In this document: positions 37,501 to 47,867 of the stretch, piece by piece | Numbering within the stretch: position 1 is the first letter of the stretch | Layout: each line of letters starts with the position of its first letter | Source: Balanoglossus misakiensis | Lineage: Eukaryota > Animalia > Hemichordata | Assembly (NCBI GenBank): GCA_040954595.2 | Contig: CM082587.2 | Location: 4,668,093-4,732,092 of the forward strand | Reading direction: 5' to 3' | DNA: 64,000 nt | The notes under the pieces: model-generated | What the model was told of the DNA's origin: nothing | Seen by the model: only the letters and a program-made list of their open reading frames with translations | Database searches by the model: none | Translations under genes and position numbers: made by a program

Positions 37501-40500
37501 CCAAAGAAAGGATCCCTATATTGTAGCGACTCAGATCTTAATTAGGCTTTTCAGTGACGCAAAAGTAAACAACGTCTTGTTTAAAGCATAGGTTTCTTAC
37601 AATGTAAGCATATTCTGTTCGGTATTAAATTCTGTCCGATAATTGATTTCTCAGGGAAATGGATACGTGTACAATACGCCATCTACACGATATTCTTAAC
37701 GTGGCAAAATTGGCCATAACAACAGCTGACACAAGTTTCCGCTGGAAAAATCCAAACATCACGATTATTGCCTGCAAGAAATCCCTTTGTCCGCTTTTAA
37801 GGTTTACCACGGGGCTATTCATAATGGTGATTAACTTTCCGTAATTTAATGAACGGTAAACACGATTACTGAGATGTGTAGGAGCGTGTAAACATCTAAA
37901 AGCACGTAGCCCACAAGTTTATCTTTGTTCAAAATTGAATCATCCGACCCGTTCACATTTCCCCTTCAAAGCGAACACAGAAATATTCCGTCAGAACGAA
38001 GCTTAATGACTCTCAGCGCGCTTAGTATACCCTAAAGGTGTTATCGTGAATACGGAAACGAAGTCAAGGGAAGGGAATAGACCCTGAAGGAAAGAAACGC
38101 GGATTCGGTCATCGTGTGACTTCATCTAATACACCATATCCCGGATTATTCATTTTTTACATTTCCACAAAGCAGAAAATCCAGTTACAAGGTGAAAATA
38201 AAAGATACCTTTGTAGGCCTATAGCGCGTATGAAGTTTTTTGTCAACGGATCTTTTCATTCAAACCTTGTCAACATTCTATGTATCAGGGGTCGATTTTA
38301 CAGCTCTCGCGGGGAATTCTGACGTCCTTGCTTTCATCACTCCAGAACGAGATAAAATTCACAGACTTCTTTATCGACTACTTTCTTTTAGTGTTACTAG
38401 GGTTGGGACTTATGTCAAGAATTCCTGTTGCGCACATTTCAATGGAAAAAGTGGCTTAACTTCTTTTCAAAAACAAGCTGACAGGTGAAATAACGTTTTA
38501 GTTTACTCAGAAATAAGATGAAAACGTCGAAGTTCCAGACAAACTCCAGAATATGTTTGTATAACTGTGGGCGGAAATATAAGTACATTTGTCTACAAAC
38601 AAGTGACTTGGCTTCGATCGTTGATGGTTGTCCAATCTTATTTTTATTTAATATGGCGTGTTGCCTGCATGTCTATGTACTTTCTATAGTTGATCAGGAT
38701 AGAAATCACGTAATACCTATACATGTGTACCCGTTCTGTATATAGCAACGCTTGACATAGCACACTTAATACTGGATGCCATTTCGCAGACCCAGGCTAC
38801 TCGTATACGTCATATCGCCCGTGTGGCAAAAAATATATACATAATCAAAAAAAATTCTTCGTGAAGAACATCATCAAGATTGGTTAGTAGTACATGCGCA
38901 AGAAAGTAGTCCCGGTCAATGTCCAAGAACACGCGGCCCTTCGCCAATAAAGCCCTTGACTTAACACCCATTTTATGTACACGTTGATGGCCGATCGTCT
39001 GTAAATGTATTTTGCCTTATCGGATTAAGGTCGACATAACCTCACATAAAAAGCAATCGCACGGATTGTCTCAACCCATAACCGGTCATAATTTTGTGCC
39101 GCACAATCAGGGATAGTATCTGAGTTTTAACAATGTTCCTTTGAAGACAGGATCCGCATCTGCTTGTACTTGGAATATATTCCCACGACTTCCGCAATAA
39201 ATGGGCCCCCGTATTGGTCTAGATCTGTCTGCGACTAAAATGTTCAAACAGGAACTGTGCATTGCCAAATGGATTTCTTTAATGGGTGTTTATCGACTAT
39301 TATCCAGAAAAGAAAGAATCAAAGAAAGATCCATTTGGTGTTTTGCTATCTATGATGGCAATTGCAATTGTTATCGAACGCTGGTGTCAGCAATCCGTGC
39401 ATTTAAGGATCTCCCTGTTTTGAACGAGAAATCACTTCTACGTTATATCAATAGGAAGGTGCACTTTGTTTAATAGAGCCTCATACCCCTAGGGAGTATA
39501 CACAGTAGATTCCATGCCTGTATGAATCATGCGTTGCATATCCGCTCTGCTTTTTCAAATGTCACGAATGACATCAACAAGGAGTTGACTCTGGAGAAAA
39601 ACTAACCGTGTTTCATAATAACGCATAAACTCAAAGATAATGTGTACAGAAATATGCCTATTCAGGGCTTCTTCCTCGGCGTATTGGCGTTTGTCTGTGA
39701 CTTAACGATCACAAATTGCACGTCCGCGTGGCTTTTGTTAGAGATCGCACTTAACACGATGTGTGTGTTTCCTTTTAAGTTCCAGAAACTGGCGATTGTG
39801 ATGGAAAGCCTTGGGGTATGCCGAAATTCTTGAGGTTTTGAAATTGTCGGGGGGGGGGGGGGATCTCACAAATGGGCGCTTCATTTTGTGACGGTGGCGA
39901 TGAAACTAGAAACGGATATTACACAAGAAATTTATCGCGAATATTTCTGCTTTTGAGAACGCGTTTTCTTTACATGCTATTGAATCGAATTGAATTGAAT
40001 TGAATGGTCTATGTGTTGTTTGCCCTATGTCAAATCAGAATGTCTTCCCATGTAAACTGCCCGGCCACGCTAGATCACGCGGACTTCGGAAAAGGGTCTA
40101 TTACCCAAGAATATCGGTGGCACTGTTCTGGTGTATTATGTACATAGACCATTTAACTCGATTGGCCTCGTTGTTAAGTGCGTTATATTGATAGGCTGTT
40201 CTTTTCGTAATAATTTGTTGATGCAGTACATTGTGTTACAAGTAATGGAGAATAATAACGCTCGCGGAATAAACCATTAGCCTAACACGGGGATATTGAA
40301 AACAACGTGGAAGCAACAACACCGATGATATATGAAGGGAGGAGAGACTATGTCTGCAATTAACTTTATATATGTTTCTCCCATTGTGATTTGTATTTGA
40401 TATTTGTTTTCCCTCGGATGACTATCAATCATAAAAGTGTAATATCGGGTGACTATGTCCGGGCAAGTTTGAGCCTAGATGCCGTTTACTAGTAAAACCA

Positions 40501-41123
40501 TCCGCCTACATTAATTTAGCAGTTGCGCAAATCATGCTAAACAATATCGTAAATAGTTAACCTATACTGCACCCAATCTGGCTTCCAATTTCAAACGTAT
40601 ATTTTTGCAATTTCGCCTTGACTTAGAACGGCATTGAATTTAGTGGTTCGATTGACAGGCGCCTAAAGAGGTTTCTTTAACCGAGTTCCGCTTGGTAGTC
40701 CGAACGGGATGTTGATAGAATAGGACGCAATTGGTAAAAAATGCTATTTAGTCACACAATATTCAGTTTTGAAGAATGACTTCACCGCTGCAACGACGAT
40801 TTTCCCCTTTTCTGCAGTGAAAATTATCGTCGACCTGAAGTGACCCATCGTCAGAGTACAGTCAACTAACATTACCTTACATGAAATAAACCCTGTTACT
40901 TACTGGTGGATGACGTTGCTGTTTGGCAAATTTTCCCGGTGAAACCAGGTGAACACAGACAAATATAGCCTTCCGGGCCACAGTCTGGCGCGCAAAGGCC
41001 CCCGTTGAGACATGGATTGACGCCGGGGCAGTTACAACTTGCCAATATCGTCTGCCACAATGTCACTGAGTGAATGAACAAACTGAGTGTTTCTCGATAT
41101 CGATGCGAGACCGCTGTTTTCAT
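21216..41123 (-). CDS. Secreted mosaic protein: signal peptide-EGF-LDLa x2-sushi/CCP x5-LamG/pentraxin-like domain
   Basis: Exons 41123-40904 (signal + [22 protein letters not shown]), 27394-27161 (2 LDLa), CCP exons ~27054-26884, 26091-25927, 25582-25418, 25092-24928, 22784-22620 (all phase 1, mostly 165 nt), 22320-21673 and 21558-21424 (LamG-like: [33 protein letters not shown]). The link across the 13.5-kb intron and the terminal exon (21286-21216) are inferred. Confidence 0.7.
22419..22501. repeat. (GAT)n microsatellite, intronic
   Basis: About 27 trinucleotide units; source of the poly-His pseudo-ORF. Confidence 0.97.
24340..24710. repeat. Three diverged tandem copies of a ~130-bp unit
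   Basis: Recurring blocks TACAAGTTCTTTGAG..TTCGTC..TTCAATAAAAA..TGGGAGTGG.TTATT.CCGTACCGA.CAT starting near 24340, 24472 and 24598. Confidence 0.9.
25272..25304 (+). repeat. Dispersed repeat fragment (possible MITE-like element end)
   Basis: GCCATTTTGAATTTCAAATTTGAGAC recurs as its reverse complement at ~57360-57385. Confidence 0.55.
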
Positions 41124-43141
41124 GCTTCGTTTAATTGTCGCTGATGTAACGCCGAAAGTTATTTCCAAGTCATTTACGGCGCAGGCGCTCCCTCTATTCA
41201 CAAGAAGGAGTCCGCGGCGACCTTGTCCAAAAGGCAAATTCTGTCCCGCGGGTTTTGTTAACAGTCACCTCTCCAGGGCTAGTCGACCATCACACCGAAA
41301 CTTGTGTCGAAACAAACTTAAGTAAAACTTAACTTGAACTTGTGAAAAATTGTTGTACAATAACCTCGACCGATGGCCGCACCTACGTTGGCCAAAAGTG
41401 GAAATCACGACTTTCTACGAGTGCCTATTGTCGGGCTGTCAAGAAAAGATAGGGCCTTGTACTATAGGAAACCGCTCAGACGACGCGATGCGAGAGTGCT
41501 GGCGTGGCGTGGCGACCGAAGAGTTATCTGTCAACACGCGACTCTTGAGTTGTAGTGGCTGAACCGAGTGCACTCCCCCGAGCGACGTCGGCAACAAAAC
41601 GACACGTCGTCTTGATTGACATCACGACAATACCGCGTTCACAGCGATAACTTTATCTCGTGGCCGTCGAATGCTTTGCAGCTCGCTTCACCGCGCGCGC
41701 TCCTGGCACATGCGCATAGCTGTGATAAGTCTGCACCATTCCCCGTTTCCCTGTGCGCGTGGGATAAGGTAGCCATGGAAACAGTGCCAGTGTGATTCAA
41801 AATGCTAAGCAAGGGCAAGATGGTACAGTTTTTTCCCCAATCTGTGATTGATCACAACAATTAAGAGGATTATTTAATGATCTCGGTGATGCATGGAAAT
41901 TCACTCATGATTGCTGACCATACGGCGTATTATTCCCAGGCAAACGTAATAAATATCCCACCCGTATCTTTTACTGTGACATAATTATAATTAAATCATT
42001 TTAATGGATTGCGCCGGTCTCTCGCTTATTTCTATAATTTCACCTTACCCCTATTGAGCATTGCCATTTGTCAGCGGACATGGCAGTTTCGGTTACGTCA
42101 CTCTAAACACTGCAGTTTAAACTTTTCTGGGCACTTCGTTTGAGCAGGACTCGAAAATAAATGTTACGTGTACTCGCGATCGATGGAGGAGCCAGTACAC
42201 TTCCCTGCAGCATCCATGCCACGAAAGAGATGGAACTGCTGGCGTAGATGGCGTGTACTGATCAAGATTTATTTAAAGTATGCAGATTCCGCGAGATAGT
42301 ACATTTTGACTTTATGATTGAAAATGCTATTCGAAGAATAGGGATGCAGAAATGAAGGAAGCTTGGGAGGAGAACACGTGTACATACTGTCCCGCCCTTT
42401 ATTTCGCGATAAAAAATTCATCGAGCAGACAAAAGGTCTGAGACAATGGCAATAGATTTTCTGATAAATAATCGCACACGAATCAAATGTCAATTTAAGT
42501 CGATAAGAGTATATGTCTCATTATCTGTGCCTTTTCTATTCCGTTATCATGCATTTGTTGTTTATGAATGGTAGTTATGTTACTGTTAGGTTTTCATTCT
42601 CCCAGTAAGGCAATCCGTAATGGATGTTTATTTTAAATTCTTAAGGTAGGGTATTATCACGACATGAAAGAGTGTCCGATAAAAAAACGCATGAGAGATG
42701 TCTCCATCCAGTGTTGCCGCCAAAATGGCGACTCTCGTTCCTCTAGAATACTTCATCTAAATTGAGACACCACGCTGCCTGCATCGTCAAGTATATTAAT
42801 CTCTGTTCTCTGCGTTCGTTCGGTATAGCGTGTTCAATAACGCATTACGTTCAGCACGAACCCCTGCTATCATTAGAGGGATTTCGAACAATGAAATGTA
42901 ACTGTGCAAGGTTTATAGATTGATAAATTGAGCTATTTCCTGTTTGTCTGCCGGCTATTTCACTCATTACCTTTGCACGTTTCATTGCATCATCCCACTT
43001 AGTGGGTCTTGTCTGAGGTTTTACGACGCGCAATCGCGGGGATTCGGTCGACATTGCTGAATAAGGCATTCGGGGTTGCGACCCCTTCGTGTATGCGGCA
43101 GATTTATATCCAGCGTGTGATCTCGGTGGCAACAGAACACG

Positions 43142-43211
43142 TCTTCGTCGTCATCATCGTCGTCATCATCGTCGTCGTCGTCATCATCATCCATCCACAC
43201 AAGTACATACG

Positions 43212-43253
<42 letters not shown>

Positions 43254-43281
43254 CAGACAAACACACAGATAGACAGACAGA
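43142..43281. repeat. Compound microsatellite (GTC/ATC)n, (CA)n, (AGAC)-like
   Basis: Direct inspection. Confidence 0.93.
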
Positions 43282-44806
43282 TAAACAGCGTGGGTTGTCA
43301 GTAGAAACTCCAGTCAAGTTTTCCAAGATCGATTGTCAAAAGTTATATTTCCGGGTAATGGCTTTACCGCGAGCTGGCAGGTCCAATCAAATAAACCAAC
43401 ACGCGTCATGTATCTCAGTAATGATTTTACCACGGGATCAAACCAGTCCAAAACCAATCAAAATATTTCATACCGTTTGAGGTAATTGCGTTGCCTATTT
43501 GTACGCACTGATGTCCCCGTAAATGTCTAACCATTAAATGACGTAGGCAGGCGAATTGAAGCCCGAAACCGCAAATGATTGTGGACAAATTGTTGTGAAT
43601 TTGCCAAATCGTACTATTCCTGTTGTTTGCGACTCCAACTCATTGAGCGCGTGACCATCTTCTGAACGGAACTAGATTGGAATATTTCGAGACAATTGCA
43701 CGTAGATAAATGGGTTCACGTACTTTTCTTCGCTTGATGCTGAATGCATCTTGTGGGGTCACGATCGATTCAGACAATGGACAGAGGTGCCAGTTGTAGA
43801 GATACGAGTATATCTCCACCTTCGTCGATCAATATCATCCCCAATTAAAATGGCAGAGGCGGTGTGATATGGCCACTCAGCGCCTACCACTAATTACAGT
43901 CTTTCGTGCACTCATTCTGTGATGGTGCCACCTTTCCAGTCGTTCGCTCCATTGTCGACGACAGAACCGTATATCCTCACCGCATTTCCTTTTGTCCTGA
44001 AAATGGATTGGGATATTATTTTCACGCACCGCGGACCTCATAAATACGAAACACCTGTTAAGTATTGAGGTCATACGGCATTATTTGAATATGGCTTGCT
44101 TTACACGAAGGAAAAAAAACATGTAATTCAATTCTCACCAAACACCTCTTATGAGCTGTGCTCCGATATCCAGTGTACAGTGTGTCAACACTGGCTAACC
44201 TTCATTATACGAAACACGAAGAAAGCAGGATGACGTGATTACAACAACTTTTTTTCGCATTAGAGGAATACACAGCCCCAGCTGCCCTTCCCTGTACATG
44301 CTAAAATTAGACATGCCTTGTGAATAGCGGTGGAGCCTGGAATTCAAAGGGATGGGTTTATGTGATAAAAGAAAACCACAAATTGAAACGAAGACAAAGA
44401 CCTGTTATCAGATTTCCCGCGGGAGTTGGAGAAACTCTGTATGTGTTAAACAAAATTATCCCAAACGGGTGCTGGAAACTTTATCTTAGGTAGTTGGTGT
44501 GTGTGTGTTCGCCTCGCCGTTTCGCATGTTTGTTTAGTAACCTGTCCGCGTCTTACGCCCATGGAACATTCTCGCCAGGTTCGAAATGGTAAACGCTTCG
44601 TTTTTGTGTTCCTTTGACTTCTGCGCGCACTACGCTCGAAATTCCAGTGAATAATTTCGACCGCGTCGTGTGTTCCACAAAATCGTTATCTTTGTGAAGT
44701 TGGTCGACGGTTCTTGACAATTTGTCATGCTCTTTCGGCAGTGAAACCAATTTTCTGTAGACGCGCTGCGAGGTATTTTCCACACAATAGTATTACCAAC
44801 GATATT

Positions 44807-46867
44807 ATGTCACAAAGTTCGGACGGCTCAAACAGGATCTCATTACTAACCGAAGACCTCATAAGCTTGAATGTTACAAGCCCAAGCGACTGTAAGCTTA
44901 CCAGTGGAGACGAAGAAAAAATCGCCCCACTTGGCATATATGGAGCAGATGTCGACTCCTTGCCTAGAAGAATTCACCACCCACGGAAAAACAGGCCATC
45001 GTTGCGAAGCTACTCAGAGCAACGCTTCTGCAGCCGAGTAGGGAGGCGACAGGATTGGCTGAAGTCGCTCAAAGAAGTCAGTTCACGGCCCGATAGCGCT
45101 GGCGTAACCCTAGAATACCTGGATCATTCAGAAAGCTCTGGTGATAATGGGGGAGACAGCGATCCGATTCACGGCGCACAGGAAATTTCTCTCCGTGAAT
45201 CTGATCAACCGGTAAACCACGGAAATACGTCAAGGACAATTGGATATCAATCGAAACAGAAGTGGCGAGCGATTTATGCCAGGCGAAAGCACGCGTCATT
45301 CAGGAAGCAACAGGCCGTGGCGAAACCGACGAGGGACGGATACGGAAATTATGAGAGGGGTCGATGCAGAGAGGTTGACCGGGCTTATCATTGCCAAAGT
45401 AGCAAGTCGCCTAAGTACCCCTCCCAAGACGCCAGAAACAGAACGTACAAAGTGGGCCAGCAGCAGCAGCGCCAATATTGCGGCAACTTTGCTCACGGCC
45501 AACGCAACAACCACTACAGAAACGGAAACTACCCGAAGAAGGGTGCCACCAACGGTCAAAGCCACAGGGAGGACAAAAAGCCGTACGGCGGTGTTCCTGG
45601 TGACAGGTGGTGTAAGCAAAACCGGCCGAACCAAGACAGGCGCGGACGAGGAGGCGCCCGCAACAGTGTTTACATCCATTTCCGAGAAGATGACGACGAC
45701 ATCATCCGCGAACACGCAGAGCCTTGGTGGCACGAGTACGAGGAGACGCCCGACAGTAGGCCTAACTGCGACAAAAACCACCGTGACGTCATCATGAACA
45801 AGACAAGACGACCCTCGCGGCCGCAGCCTGCAAACAAGAGCCAAAACCACAAGTTTTGGCCACCATCGAGAGAAGCGGGTCATCACCAAGCTAATGCGTC
45901 TCCGCACGGACGTACCGATGCACGTTCAACCGACAGAAGGACAGAAGACCGGCGGGCGACGCCAAGATCACTCGATCGGAATCAAAGGTACACAAGGTAT
46001 TCACCGAAGAGAAACGGTAACTTCGAGAGAAGCAAGACAGCCACAAGAAGGTGGACGGATGACCGTCAAAGAGAGCGTTCCTTCGGGCACGCTGTGCGCG
46101 GAAATTGCACAAAGCATTGGGATAAATTCGACGAACCTAGAAACCGACAGGAGGAAAGTGACAAACATCGCCACTCCAAAACCAATAATAGCGTTAACAG
46201 CAGGCAAACGCAGTGTCAAATGCCCAGACAACGTCAGGCTTACCGTGGCCAGCCAATACATGGAGGAAAGACAGGTAGTCCGCACGAAAGAAAAGTCACC
46301 AGTAAAAATCAGCAAACGACACCCAGAAAACATCAGAATAATCGAACAAACGGCCACTATAACAGAAATCGCCAGACGTACGTGTCAAACGACAAGCCAA
46401 CACCCGATGCTGTCGAGCAATGCTCGAAGTGCCGCCCGTGCGATCTCCACAGACAGATCGCAGCGCCACCGCGTGGCGGCTATGGTCGCAGAGAATCGAG
46501 AGAGAGCGCCCACCCGCGTCCCAGTCCGTGCGCATCTAAAGTCAGGAGAAACAATCGGGTACCACCAGCAAAAAAGAAGATGACAAGAAGAGTTTGGGTT
46601 CCTAATTATCCCACTAGAAATTTCGAGAAATCTCACGAAAATATGATCAGGCGGCAGGTGGGTCTGCATCGGCAACACCAAGGGAGCTCAGTTCAACGCC
46701 TGCGCACAAGTGATGAAGACAGGCCTGCAGATTTGGTCACTTTGCGAGCACCCGAAGTAGATTGCTCTGACGAAGACACATCTGAGTGGTCTTTGTCGCC
46801 ATACAGTATCTATGACAGCGAAGACACATTCCGAGCTGACTCACCTTCTTTGATGCATAACGATTAG
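44807..46867 (+). CDS. Intronless 686-aa Arg/Asn/Gln/Ser-rich, probably disordered hypothetical protein
   Basis: 2.1-kb stop-free frame (ORF track 44714-46867; first ATG at 44807), with ATTAAA ~47093 and AATAAA 47274 downstream; no recognisable domain. Confidence 0.65.
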   Translation: MSQSSDGSNRISLLTEDLISLNVTSPSDCKLTSGDEEKIAPLGIYGADVDSLPRRIHHPRKNRPSLRSYSEQRFCSRVGRRQDWLKSLKEVSSRPDSAGVTLEYLDHSESSGDNGGDSDPIHGAQEISLRESDQPVNHGNTSRTIGYQSKQKWRAIYARRKHASFRKQQAVAKPTRDGYGNYERGRCREVDRAYHCQSSKSPKYPSQDARNRTYKVGQQQQRQYCGNFAHGQRNNHYRNGNYPKKGATNGQSHREDKKPYGGVPGDRWCKQNRPNQDRRGRGGARNSVYIHFREDDDDIIREHAEPWWHEYEETPDSRPNCDKNHRDVIMNKTRRPSRPQPANKSQNHKFWPPSREAGHHQANASPHGRTDARSTDRRTEDRRATPRSLDRNQRYTRYSPKRNGNFERSKTATRRWTDDRQRERSFGHAVRGNCTKHWDKFDEPRNRQEESDKHRHSKTNNSVNSRQTQCQMPRQRQAYRGQPIHGGKTGSPHERKVTSKNQQTTPRKHQNNRTNGHYNRNRQTYVSNDKPTPDAVEQCSKCRPCDLHRQIAAPPRGGYGRRESRESAHPRPSPCASKVRRNNRVPPAKKKMTRRVWVPNYPTRNFEKSHENMIRRQVGLHRQHQGSSVQRLRTSDEDRPADLVTLRAPEVDCSDEDTSEWSLSPYSIYDSEDTFRADSPSLMHND

Positions 46868-47345
46868 ACACTGTTTGCATTGAATTATAAATTATATATC
46901 CGTACCAACCAACCAACGCAGGGACACAGATGTACACGTACTCGCGTACGTCAAATGCACGAATGTGACTTTATTGACTTGATTTACAAAATACAAATGT
47001 ACATGGTTGATATGTTTTGGTTAATAGGCATACCATAAATAGCCTGCCAATCAACAGGTGCCTTTTGAACTGCGTGTGGTTTGATACGTGCAATTAAAAA
47101 GTTAAAAGTTAGCGCCTATCCCTCGGAATGAATAACACATATCAGTAATTTAAAATCCACAAGCAGACTTTACACGTCATCGATGATAGCTGCTAAATCA
47201 GATGATACGACTATCTTAGTATAAAGGCAGAGTTCGGGATAATAGTAAAACAATTATAACAGTAGAAATGTTCAATAAATTATCAATATCAATAATGCTA
47301 TAAGTGTACGTGACCGTTGGGAGTATAAAGTGTTCAGTGAATAAT

Positions 47346-47867
47346 TCACTGCGTGATCACATGATTCGAATCCACTTTCTTGGCGGGAAGTTCCAAACTC
47401 CCCAAGGCCGTTTCAACGAGTCTCGTCACTAGAACTCCATACGCTCTGATGTCTTTGCTGAACGCCAACCGCTTGACGCTGAACCTTCGCTCGATGTACT
47501 TTGACTTACTCATGTCGGAGAGGAAAGCTTGTTTTATGGACCCCTGTGGAAACGGGAAGAACAGCAACACAAAGTTAGCAAACGAAACGAAACGAGGCGA
47601 ACGTTTACAGAACTTGAAATTGTGGCGTTCTTGTTTAAGAAATCAGAGGAACACTCACGTCGTTATTCCGTATGATCAGGATATTTTCTTCTCGCACTTG
47701 ATTGTGCAAGGTGTCTTGTCTGTGTAGGAACTCCAGGGCGGACGCGACGTCGGCAGCCACCGTGTGGACATCTGTGATCTTCAATCCTTGAACACGCGTG
47801 TTGATGTGGACGGACAGCGGTATGTACGTGTACGGTGGCAATGGGATCATGCGACTCACAGGCATTT
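47346..47867 (-). other. Degenerate protein-kinase C-lobe in the GPCR cytoplasmic tail
   Basis: [45 protein letters not shown] aligns by eye to kinase subdomains VIa, VIb, VII and IX. Confidence 0.75.

Noticed and set aside
27400-40890. Many 60-135 aa ORFs in the large intron
   Set aside because: No recognisable domain, transposase or RT motif, and no consistent splice chain; no tRNA or rRNA recognised
42851-43326. ORFs with poly-Asp, and a possible exon ending KWDDAMKRAK|gtaatg
   Set aside because: Largely microsatellite-derived, weak acceptor and no partner exons found
45240-46681. Long alternative-frame and antisense ORFs within gene E
   Set aside because: Expected from the biased composition of the main 2.1-kb frame
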